DNA of 64,000 bases from positions 1 through 64,000 of the forward strand of contig QPMI01000202.1 in NCBI GenBank assembly GCA_004431415.1. Reading direction: 5' to 3'. Below the pieces are notes generated by a model. It made no database searches and was not told the DNA's origin. It was given only the letters and a program-made list of their open reading frames with translations. Every line of letters starts with the position of its first letter. Position 1 is the stretch's first letter. Positions 33,801 through 45,200 of the stretch are shown one piece after another. The DNA is from Cyanophora paradoxa CCMP329. Its lineage: Eukaryota; Plantae; Glaucophyta. A program made the position numbers and the translations under genes.

Positions 33801-36800
33801 AGGGCGGCCGGCGGCGGCAGCTTCGGGTTGAGGGGCGCCCCGACGCCGCCGCCACCGCCGGCGCCGGCTGCGAGGGGCCAGCCACGCCGCTCGGCCCCGG
33901 CGGCGCAGCAGAGGCGAGAGGGGAAGCGGCCGCGCACCGTGTCGATGAGGCGGACGTCGTAGCGCGGCTCGTAGCGACCCCGGGCGCCGTAGCTGCGCGC
34001 GCGCGCCAGGAGTCGGCCATGGAACCAAACAAACAACGGAGGCGGGGCGGGCACCGGTAGAGGCCCATGCGACCGGTGGCGGCCCAGCGGACGGCGAGCC
34101 AGCCGGCGGCGTTCGCGCAGAGGACCTCGCCTGCCGCCGCCCCTCAGCCCCGCGGGAGAAGCGAGGCCGGCGGAGCGCGGGGCGGACCGACGCCGCCGGG
34201 CCCGCCGTCCAGGTCCTCGTACGAGAAGCGCCAGTGCTGCCCGGCGCCCTCAGGCGAGCGGGGGCCGGCGGGGGCAGGCGAGGGCGGTGGGCGCACGGGC
34301 CCGCGGGCGACGCGGCAGCCGACGGTGCGCTCGGGGGCGACGGCCTCCGCCTCCGCCTCGGCCGCCACGCCGCAGCCGCGCAGCGCCTGGCCCGGCGTCA
34401 CGATCCGCAGGTCGAAGTTCCCGTCGTCCCCCTGCCGCAGGCCCCGCCTCAGCGGCGGCCAGATCCAAAGGGCGGGGGCGGGGCACACCCAGCGGTACGA
34501 GTTGGAGGAGGAATCGGCCCAGCGGACCTGCCGCAGCGATGAGGGCCGGAGGCCTCACAGGGCCCGCCGCCAGCAGCAGAAGGCGGCGGGGCGGGGGCAC
34601 CTTGACCCAGCCGTCCCCCGACTGCTCGGTGACGAGGCCGGTCTTGCCGGCTCCGCCGTCCTGCTCGCCCCACTTCCAGTTGGGCCCCCGCGCGACGACG
34701 CAGCCGACGAGCTGCTTGGCCGTCACGGCCCGCCAGTTCAGCCGGCGCCGCCCCGGCGCCCCCTCCGGCGCCGGGTCCACCAGCTCGAGGTCTGCCGCGG
34801 GCGTCACGGGGGTGCGGGCAGGGGCGGCGGCGCGGGGCTGCCGCTCGCCGAAGCGGTTGCGGAGGCCCCAGCGGTAGGCGCGGAGGGCCGCCGGCTCTGC
34901 CCCCCTCGCCGGTCCCTTGCCCTTGCCGCCCGCCGCGTCGCCCTCGGCAGCTGGGGGCCGCCAGTCGACGGCGACCCAGTTGCCGCCGAGGTACGCGGCG
35001 ACGCGGCCGACGGAGCCCTTGCCGCCGTCCTCGTCGCCGTAGGCCGCCCGCCAGTGCGGGCCCCGCCGCACCCGCAGGCCCACCGTCGCCGCCGCCTCGA
35101 CAGCGGGCGCCGGCATCGCATCCTCCGCCCCGCTCCCGCCGGCCGCGTCGGCCGCCTTCGAGGCGGGCGAGGAGCCGGCCGACGCCGCCTGCCGCCCCCG
35201 AGCTTCAGCGTGGCGCGGCGGAACAGGAGAAACACAAAGCAAGGGGGGCCACCGGGGCGTGCAGCGCCAGGTCGTACTTCCCCTCGACGCCCCAGCGGTA
35301 CCGCTGCGGCTCGGGGGCCCCCGCTGGCTCCTCCCCCTCCCCCTGCGCTTCTTTAGATGAAAGCCGGGGCAGAAGAGGGGAGCAGGAGCGCACGGCGTGG
35401 CCCTCCCACTCGACGGTGAGCCAGCCGCCGGCCTCGCCCTCGGGCCCCGCCTCCACGGCGGTGACCTTCCCCGGCACGCCCGACGAGCCGGCCTGCCGGC
35501 GCCGGCGTCAAAGGCAGCCGGCAGCGGGCGGGGAGAGGGGGCGCGCCGCCTCCTCGGGGCGCTCCCAGTCGGGCCCGCGCACGACGCGGCGGCCGGCCAT
35601 CTCCCGCCACGGCGGCCGCTGCTGCTCCGCCGCCAGCGTCCAGGGGGCCTGGGGAGGCAGGAACACGAGGGATGAGGGGGAGGGGGCCGGGGGGCGGGGG
35701 CGGGGGCGGGGCGGACGTCGGGGCCGAGGGCGACCACCTCGAGGTCGAACTTGGACTCGGCGCCCCACCTGCGCGCGGCGTGAGGCGGGGGCCAGGCGAG
35801 GGGGCGCGGGGCGGGCGCGCCGGTAGTTGTTGCGGTAGGCGTGGGGCCAGAGGACGGAGAGCCAGCCCTGCGTGTCCACCCGCTCCACCGTCCCCACCGC
35901 CCCCGCGCCCCCGTCCTGGTCCCCCCACGACCAGTCTGCGGTGCGCGGTGAGGCGCAGGGGGGAGGTTGGGAGGGGGGCGGGGCGGACCGCGGCCGCGGG
36001 TGACCTTGCAGCCGACGAGCTGCGCGGGGCTCCAGCCGTACGTCTCCTCCGGCGCCGGCAGGCCCCGGGCAGCCCCGCCGCCCCCCTCCCCCTCCCCGCG
36101 CCCCGGCAGCACCGCCAGCGTCGCCCTGCGCCGCCCCGTCGGAGGTCGCTCCTTGCACCCCCGAGGCGACGCGCACCCCGCGAAGATGATCATGCAGAAG
36201 ACGAGGTCGTCGGGGCTGTCCGCGGGCGCGTACGGCACCTCCACCGCCTGCCGCGGCGCGCGGCTCGTTCAGAGGGGGGTACGGAGTTCGGAAGGGGGGC
36301 ACCGCCGAGGACTCCCGCGTGGGGTTGACCTGCGCGGGGGGCGAGAAGGGGTGAGCGCAGGAGGGGGACGAGGGGGCATGGGGCGGGCGGACCCGCAGGG
36401 CGAGGCGCTCGTTGTCCAGGGTGACGGTGAGCAGGTTGCCCGCCGCGTAGGCGAAGCTCTGCCGGCGCGCGAGTCGCGCGGGGCGCCGGGCGCGCATCGC
36501 ACGGGGCCGGGCGGCGCACGGGCACGCTATGCGAGCAGGACGTGTCCGAGGTCTGCGCCGGGGCGGTCGCTCGCGAGGGGGCGGGATTCTTCGGGCGGCT
36601 GAGGCGGGGCGGAGGGGGCGCACGCGGAGGAAGTTGGGGGCGAGGGCGGCGGTGGGGTTGTCGGCGAGGAGCGGGCTGGCGGCGGGGCACGTCCCCAGGA
36701 AGAACCGCGCGTTGCCCGTCACGCAGAGGCGGAACGTCAGGCGGCCTGCGCGGCGCGCGCGTGAGCGAGGAGGGCGAGAGGGAGGGGAGGCGGCAGGAGC

Positions 36801-39800
36801 GGACCGCCGGGGGGCGGGCGGTCGGCGAGGAGGACGCCGGCGGGCCCGTTGCCGCAGCGGACCTCCCGCGGCGACACGAACTCGATGGTCGGCCCGAAGG
36901 AGGCCGTGTTCAGCGCCGGGCCCCCGGCCTCGGGGCCCACCGGCGGGCGTGACACGAGCGGCACGGGCTCGGGGGCCGGCGAGGGGGGTAGGGGCGGGAG
37001 GGGCAGGAGGAGGGCGGCCTCGAGGGAGGGCGGCGGGGGCTCCTGGAGGGTGGCGGAGGCGCCGGCGGGGAGGAGGGCGACGAGGGTGCAGCGCTGGCAG
37101 CCGGCGGGGAGCTCGAGCGCCACCTCCACCCCCGCTGCCTCCGCCTGGCCCCCCCGGGAGACCCGCAGCGTGCCCCTGCGCGGCGCCCTCGTCGGCGGCG
37201 GGAGGGGGAGCGGGGCGGGGAGGGCGGGGGCGCGCACGCGGCGGCGTCGAGGGCGACGCGGGCGACGTCGGCGGCGCAGTCGAAGGCCTCCAGGCGGGGG
37301 CCCTCGTCCCCGGCCGGGCCCGCCCCCGCCGGCCCCAGGGCGACGAGCTGACGGCGCCAGGGCTCCCCGCGGGGCCCGCGCGAGGGCCTCCGGGGGGAAG
37401 TCGTCGGGGAGGACGCCCAGGAAGCAGCCCGGGGCCGAGAGGGCGACCCGCCACTCCCGCCGCTCCCCGCCCTCCGCGCACGAGCCGAGGGCGACGCCGC
37501 CGTAGCCGCCCTCGGGGGCCTCGCAGTCGAAGGCGGCGGTGGCGGGGGCGGGGAGGGCGAGGCCCGGGGCGCGGCGGACGGCGCTCCAGTGCCAGGGCTG
37601 CGGGGCGCGGGCGAGCTTGGCGACGCCGTTGGCCCAGAGGACGACGCAGAGGTGCACGGGGGAGCCGAGCGGGGCCCCCGTCGGGCGGTAGCTCCGCGTC
37701 GGCCGCGCCGACTGCGGCGGCGGTGAGACGGGGAGGGGGGGGAAGGGCGGGGGGCCGGCACCTCGCCCTGGACGGCGACGGTGAAGACGCGCCGGTCCGC
37801 GTCCACCGCCACGTACATCCTCCGGCCTGGCGGGCGGGCGGCGGTGGGCTGGGCCCGGCCCCCGGGGGTACGGGGCGGGGGGAGGAGAGGCGCACTCGCG
37901 GGGTCCGGGAAGCGGGCGAGGTCGACGGGGGCCGAGTCGGAGGCGGGGCACATAAAGTTGTCCTTCAGCACCGCCGTCACGTCCTCGTCCAGCCGCGCCC
38001 CCGCGAACCCCCCGTCCACCTACCCCCGCCGCTCGACCCGGGCGGCGCGAGGGGGCGGGCGTGGGAGGGGGCGCCGCACGACGCCGAGGTAGAAGCTCTG
38101 GTTGCCGGTGACGGCGATCTCCCAGACGTAGGTGCCCCGCACGAGGCCCCCGCGGGAGACGGCGGCCGAGGGCCCCGACGAGCAGCTCGCCGAGTCGCCC
38201 CCGCGCCTGACGCGCACGCGGCGCCCGTGCCACGTCGCGTCCCACAGCGCCAGCGGCTGCGAGGCCGCGGGGCTCGCCGCGGCGCCCGGGCCCGCCGCCG
38301 CCTGCTCGGCCTGCGCGGGAGGGTCGGGCGCCGGGCGGGGTGACGCGGTGGGCGGGGCCGCTCGCACGGCGAGCTGTAGGCCGAGGTCGGCGCAGGCAGG
38401 GCAGTTGCAGCCGTTCGTGGGCCCGCAGTGCCCGTCGCAGCAGGAGCACGTCAGCACGCGCCGCCCGCAGTAGAAGCGCCCGTTCCGCGCCAGCGTCGCC
38501 AGGCACCCTGCGGGGCGGCGGCGCGGGGTCGCCCGAGCGAACGCTGGGGCGGGGCGGGGCGGACCGTCGCGGTTGAGGCGCTGGTCGACGGGGGGCATGT
38601 CGAGGACGCTGATGTCGTACTTGCCGGCCTGGCCCCACCTGCCCCCCGCTCACGCCAGGCGCGGCGGGGAGCTGCGGCGGGGAGGGGATCGGGGCGGGCC
38701 TGTAGAGGTGGGGCTCGGGGCAGGCCTCCCAGAGAACGGAGACCCACTCGCCGTGGGCGGCGACGACGGTGCCCACCTGGGGCGGGTGAGGGCGGCGGGG
38801 GGGAGGGGCGCAGAGGGGGGGCGCCGGCGGGCCTGCTCGAGGAGGCGGCGGGTGAGGGCCTCCACCTCCCCCTCGGGCATGTCCGCGGGGCTCAGCGGCG
38901 CCCGCGGCCGCCCCCGCCCCTCGGGGCCCGGCTCCGGCGCGGCGTCGAGGTCGAAGGTGGGGAGCGGGTCGTTGCGCAACTTCCAGTTGGGCCCCCGGAT
39001 GCACCGCAGCCCGACCAGCAGCGCCGCGTCCACCGCCCCCGGAGCCACCGGCGCCGGCTGCGAAGGAGGCAGGCGCTCGGCCCCGCGCGCCGGGCGGGGC
39101 GGGGCGGGGCGGGGCGGACCGCGGGGCCGGGGAGGAGGACGAGGTCTGGCGGGGGCGCAGGGGTCGGAAGGGGCGGGCGGCGGGGATCATCCGGAGGCAG
39201 GCGGCGCGGCGCACCGTACTTCCGGTCCACCCCCCAGCGGTAGCGGTACTGCGCCCGGGTCGGGGGCCGCGGGGCGCGCAAGGGGGCTCGGGCACCTTCT
39301 GGCCGGAGCTCCAGCGGACGCGCACCCAGTTCGGCTCGTCGGCGAGTTTGATGACCTGCGCCGGGGAGGGATGAGCGGGATCGCTCGTGGTCGGAGGAGG
39401 CATCGGGAAGCGCGGACCATGCCGACGTTCCCCGGGTTGCCATCCTGGTCCCCCTGCAGCGGAGGTCAGAAAAGGCGGGAGGAGGGGGGCAGGAGGGGCG
39501 GGTAGGGGGCGCGCCCACTCCCAGTCGGGCCCGCGGGCGACGCGGCGGCCGACGAGGTCGCCCACGGCGAGGTGCGCCGGGCCGGCCGCCGCCAGCTCCG
39601 CCTCCGTCGGCTGCGCGAGGGGCGTGAGGAGGGGTGCGGGGAAGGGAGGGAGGGAGATCGGCAAGGGCGCGGCCGCACGATGGCGGTGAGGTCGTAGCGG
39701 CCGCCGGCGCCCCAGCGGTACGAGTTGCGGCCGCCGGCCTCCCACTGGACGACCACCCAGCCCTGCAGGGCGCGTCGGAGGGCGGCCGAGGGGGCGGGGG

Positions 39801-41778
39801 GGCGGGGGCGCGCGTCTCCGTCGTGGCCGAGGACGCGGCCGCGGCCGCCGGGGCCGCCGTCCTGGTCCTCGTAGCCCCAGTCGGGCCCCCGCACGACGGC
39901 GCGCCCGACGAGCTCGGCGACGGGGAGGCGGAGGAGGCCGGCGCTGGCGAGCGAGGCGCCGTCTGAGACGAGCTGCGCCCGCGCGCCCCCGTACAGGAAG
40001 AGGCAGAGGGACCAGGCCGGGGCGGCGGGCGAGGAGGGGCCGGCCCCTGGCGCCTCGGGCGGCAGCTGGAGCTCCGACGGGTGGCCCTCCCCGAGGGCCC
40101 CCGCCCCGTCCCCCGCCGGCGCCGGGCTTCCCGCCCCGGACCGGTTGCACGCCCCCGCCGCCCCTTGCTCCGCGGCGGGGAGCCAGACCTAGGGCCCCCG
40201 GGTTGAGCCAGAGCCAGACCGGGGGGGGGGTACAGCGCGGGGGCTGGGGCGGACCCAGAGCTTGCGGGCGCGGGGGTCGAACTCGACGCGGAGGAGGTAG
40301 CCCTCGCGGTAGGGGAAGCGGCGGAGGGCGGCGGCGGCCTCCTCGTCGGGGCGGACGAGGCTGGAGGCGAGGAAGTGGCGCTGGAGGAAGGGGGCCGGGG
40401 GCAGCTCCTCGAAGGGGCCCCGGAAGGCCCCGTCCACCACCCCGAGGAAGAAGCGCCCGTTCCCCGAGACCCGCAGCAGCCACGCCGGCCGCGCCCCCGC
40501 CTGGCCCCGCCCCGGCGACCCCGCCCCGGGGCTCCCCGCCCGCCCCCGGTTGTTGCTCGAGGTCGGGCGGGGGCCGGAGGGCGTGAGGGGCCGCGAGCTC
40601 GAGCTGCGGGCGACAGAGGAGGCGGGCGAGAGGGCCCCCTCCGCCCGCAGCACCCGCTCGCTCCGCGTCTCCCCCGCCGCCCCCGCCTCCCCGCCCCTGC
40701 CTCCGCCGCCTCCGCCGCCTCCGCCGCCGAGGGGATGTGCGGCAGCGAGCTCGTCGCCTCGCGGGGGATCTCCCGAGGGGCCGCGCACGGGGCGCCGCCC
40801 GGCCGCCGCCGGCGGCCGCGCCCTCGCCGGCCTCCCGCTCCTCCGGCGGCGCCTCCTCCTCGCCTCGCCCTCCTCGGCGGGGGCGGGGCGGGGCGGGCGC
40901 GGGGCCGGCTCGACGAAGAGGGAGCCGGCGACGCAGAGGCCCGTCGGGCCCCGCGACGTCGCCACCTCGTCCTCCCTGCGCCCCGCGTCGGCCCGCCCCG
41001 CCCCGCCCCGCCCCGCCCCGCGCTCCCCTCAGCCCCCGCACCTCGCGAAGTCAACTGCCGGCCGGTCAGGCGGCGGCGGCGGCGGCGGGGCGGGGAGGGC
41101 GGGGCGGGCACCGTGTTTGCTGCAGCGGGAGCGGTCGAAGCGGGGCGGCGGCTTGGGGCGCTTCTTGGGATCGTCCTTGGCGGGGCGGCTCTCCTCCGGC
41201 TTCACGTGCGGCTCCCGCAGCGCGCCCAGCCGCTTCAGCACCTCCGACAGCATCACGTTCACCTGCCCGAGCTCAGCGCGGCGCCCGCCGGCGGCGGCGG
41301 CGACGGCGGCGGCGGCGGCGGAGCGGCTCGCCTGTAGCGTGCCGGAGGAGGGGACGGGGCTGCGGCAAATCGGGCAGGAGGAGTCCTGCGCGAGCCAGTT
41401 CTGGAGGCATTCCTGCCCGCTTCGAATTGAGCCGGCGCGTCGATGCCGGCAGAGTCTGAGCAGACTAGACGCACGCGGCAGAAGTTGTGTCCGCATATCA
41501 GCGCAACGGGCGCGCATAGGCGGTCGAGGCAGATCGAACAGCTGCGGCGCGGGTATGCGCGTCAGACATTCGAAGCGGCGCACCCCTTGCTCGTTGCGCG
41601 GACCGGTAGGTTCCAATCTGGAGGGAAAGTGATGCGAAAGAGATCTAGATGTAAGCGCCGTGCCGGCCGCGTGCTGGCAGCGGGGACGTACGGAGTTGGA
41701 GCGCATGAGCGACGCCGCCTTCTGAAGAGACCTCGCCGGCGCGAGGACCTCGCCCGTTAAAGGTTCGAGGTCATCCAT
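30886..41778 (-). CDS. Giant RING E3 ligase-like protein: C3HC4 RING, ~4 SPRY-like domains, ~13 Mib-herc2 repeats, two Cys-rich modules, acidic tail
   Basis: CSICLDRLCAPVALICGHNFCR|ECLQNWLAQDSSCPICR; repeated VGxRVxRGPDWxWGDQDGG..G.V....GWV.V.W....YRWG..GKYDL; SPRY-like WEIAVTGNQSFYLGVV. The span could be two genes, but no internal stop or intergenic break was seen. Confidence 0.75.
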
Positions 41779-42238
41779 GGCCACTCCGTCGGGCCCGGCG
41801 CGCGTCCAGAGGCGCCGACCACTCTGGATCGCGTTCCGTTGCGGGTTTCCAAGCCCCTCTGGCGGTGCTGGACTGGTGGTACCGCGCCGCCGGGCTGTCA
41901 CGCGACTCGGATGACTCGGATGTTCTGCGCCCTGAAATGGCCTACCCCACTCACCGGACCTGCTTCATTCCAGCGAGAACGATCAGCGTTTGCGTGCGGC
42001 GCAATCGTCCTGAAAGAGCGTGCAACGGCCATCTGCGCCTGTTGCCAACGGCTGGAGCGATGCGTCACACTTGGGGTTCGCGCGTCATGTCGTATCTCAG
42101 CTTCTCTTCGCCTAGGTAGAAAGCGGGAAGTCGCCGGGACCGCGGCAGGAGCGCTGTCTTGGAACGTAGCTAGCACCCTGAGCACAACCGGGCGCGCCGA
42201 TCGAATTCAAAGCTCTCAGCGGCAGTTCCATCCCACAT

Positions 42239-45200
42239 ATGGGAGCGGCTGCCTGTAAACCAAGATCTCCGGAGGCAACGCCGCCTCAGCCTGTCGCTCC
42301 GCCACTGGGAGCTCTCGCAAACGTCAACCCCGACCCGAGCATCGCGAAAGGCGTCACATCGGCCTCAGGGGCTCCAGATCTTAAGCAAGCCGGCTCCGTT
42401 CCGATTGCAGCTGCCTGCGCCAGCGCCCAACAGCAAGGATCCGGAGCTGCGCCGGATCCGGAGCCGACTTCAGCCGCGGCCGTGAAGCTGCAGCTGGCGA
42501 CATTTGACGCAGCGAAACAGGTCTCGGCCTCGGCTTCCGCCTCAGCTGCATGTAATGGAGCCGCGAGCAAGGCGAAGCCCGCTCCAGCCCCAGCTTCGCC
42601 CCCCGCAGCTGCATGCGCAGCTGCATATGCATATGCCGCCAATTGCAACGTGACAGCCGCGCCTCCAGCATCTGCGGCCGTTGGAAGTTTGGCATCAGCA
42701 CCAGCCCCAGCTGATAAAGACTCCAGCAAGCCGGCCGCGCCGGCAGCTGCAGCAAGAGCTGCAGCTGCAATCCTGCCCCACGCCCCCGCATCTGCCGCGG
42801 CCGCCAAGCCTACCGCGCCGCCGGCCGGTGCACCCGCCACCAAGCCTGCCGCCCAGCCAACAACCGCAGCTCCCGCCCTGTCCCATGCAGCCGTAGCCGC
42901 TGCCAAGCCTTCCGCGCTGCCCGCAGCTGCGGCAACAACCTCCCCCCCGGCTGCTGCAGGCCCAGCCTCGCCACCGATCTCCGCAGCCGTCGCGAAGCCG
43001 GCGAGGGCGGAGCCTTTGGAGCTGGCGCCATCGCCCCTCGCAACTTTAGTAGCTGCGAAGCCGGCCGCCGCGCCGGCAGCTGCAGATGCGATCGCACCCC
43101 GGGCCGCTGCAGCCGCTGCCAGGCCCGCCGTGCCACCGGCCGCGGCAGCGGCTGCGGCGCCGGCGCCGGCTGCATCCTCGGCCAGGCCGGCGGCGGCACC
43201 CGGGCCCCTGCAGCTGGCGCCGGCGCCCTCGCAGCAGCAGCTGGCCGTGCACGGGGTGCCCCTCCGGCCGGCCCCCTCGGCCGGGGCCCTGCCGCCGCCG
43301 GGGGCGGGGCTGGCGTCGCGGCCGGGGTCGGCGGTGGGGGCCCCGCAGCGACGGCGCGAGGGCGTGCAGCGCCGCGTCGTGCGCGTCTTCGTCAGCAGCA
43401 CCTTCCAGGTCCGCCCCGCCGCCGGCGCCGGCCCCGCCCCAGGCCTCGATGCCGCCGCATTGCCCTCGTCTCTCCCCTGACCGCGGGGCTCGCCGCAGGA
43501 CATGCAGGCGGAGCGGGACCTGATCCGGTCGCACTGCAACCCGACCCTGAAGACCCTCTGCGCGGCGCGCGGCCTCTTCTTCCAGCCCGTCGACCTCCGG
43601 TGCCCGCCCCGCTCGCCTCGAGCCCGCCCGGGCTCACCCCGGGGGCCAGCTGGGGCATCCGGGACGAGGCGGTGCAGGCCGGCCTCGTCATCCGCCTCTG
43701 CCTGCGCGAGGTCCACCGCTCCACCTACTTCGTCGGCCTCGTCAAGGCGCCCCGGCGGCGGCCGCCCCTCCCCCGCCCCGCCCCGCTGCGGGTGACGGGG
43801 GCGGGCAGGACCGGTACGGCTGGCACGTGCGGGGCGAGGCGGGCGTGAGCGAGGAGAGCGACGCCTCCTTCCGCCTGTGCGGCCCCTCGCGCCCGGGCGG
43901 GGGGCCGGCGGGCCTCTGACGTGGGGCAGGAACCTGGAGCGGGCGGCGGAGGAGTTCCCCGAGGTCGCCGCCATGGCCGACCGCAGCGTCACCGAGATCG
44001 GTGCCCCCGCCCCGGCCCCCCGCTCCGCCTCCGGCCCGCCCCGAGATCCAGGCCGGACGCTGACCCCGCGGCGCGGCGGCCGCCGGCAGAGATCCGGTCG
44101 GGGGTGATGCAGTCCCTCGACGTGCGCTCGCCCCGGGCGGGGGCCGCCCCCCTTGGCCGGCCCGGGCCGAGGGCGGGCGGGGGCGCAGGAGATGCGGGGG
44201 CGCAGCCTCTTCTACTTCGCGGGCGCGCGGCAGGCGGAGGAGGCGCGGCGGGGGCCGGCGGCCGGCAGGGAGGGCCCCGAGGCGGAGCGCCGCCTGGAGG
44301 CCCTCAAGGCGGCCATCCGCGGGGCCGGCCTCCCCGTCGCCCCCTACGACGACCCCGAGCAGCTCGCCCTCGCCATGCGCGCCGCCCTCGCCGCGGTCAG
44401 CCCGCCGCCCGGCAGCTCTAGGCCTCCCGCTCGCTCCCCTCCCCCGTGTGACCCCGGCCCTCCGGGCAGCTGCTGGAGCGGGACTACCCGCAGGCGGGGG
44501 AGCGGCCGTGGCTGGAGGCGGAGCGGGCGCAGCACGAGGGGTTCGCGGCGTCGCGGCGGCGCGTCTTCGTGCGCAGCGAGCGCGACCTCGCCGCCCTCTC
44601 CGAGTACGCCGCCGGCGCCGGGCCCGAGCTGTTCGTCCTCCACGGCGACGGCGGCTGCGGTCCGCCCCACCCCGCCCCGCCCCGCCCCCGAGACTAGACT
44701 CAAACGTACTGCGAGCTGATCGCTTCGACCGCGCAGGCAAGAGCGGTGCGCCGGCCCGGCGACGGATGCTCGCGCGCGGCGCCGGCGGGCCGCGACCCCT
44801 CCTGGCGAGCGCCTTGCTGACATGCCCCCCCCCGCCTGGGCGGCGCAGCGCTGCTGGCGAACTGGGCGGAGGAGTGGGGCGAGAGGCACCGGGGCGCGCT
44901 CCTCGTGCAGCACTACATCGGGGGCTCGCAGAGCTCCTCCCTCCTCTCCTCCATCGCCCGGTGCCCGAGCCCGGTCCCGGGCCGCTCTGCTCGCCTCGCG
45001 CGCCTCGGCTCACGCGTCGGGTGCAGGCGGGTGGTGGAGGAGGTGCGGGCGCAATGGCCGGAGGAGGAGGGGCTGGACCTGCGCGGCACGGACGCCGAGC
45101 TCGCCGCCCGCCTCGCGGCCTTCCTCGCCGCGGGGGCCGCCCGCTGGCCTGCCCCCGTCCTCCTCGTCCTCGACGGCCTCGACCAGCTCCGCGGCGACCC

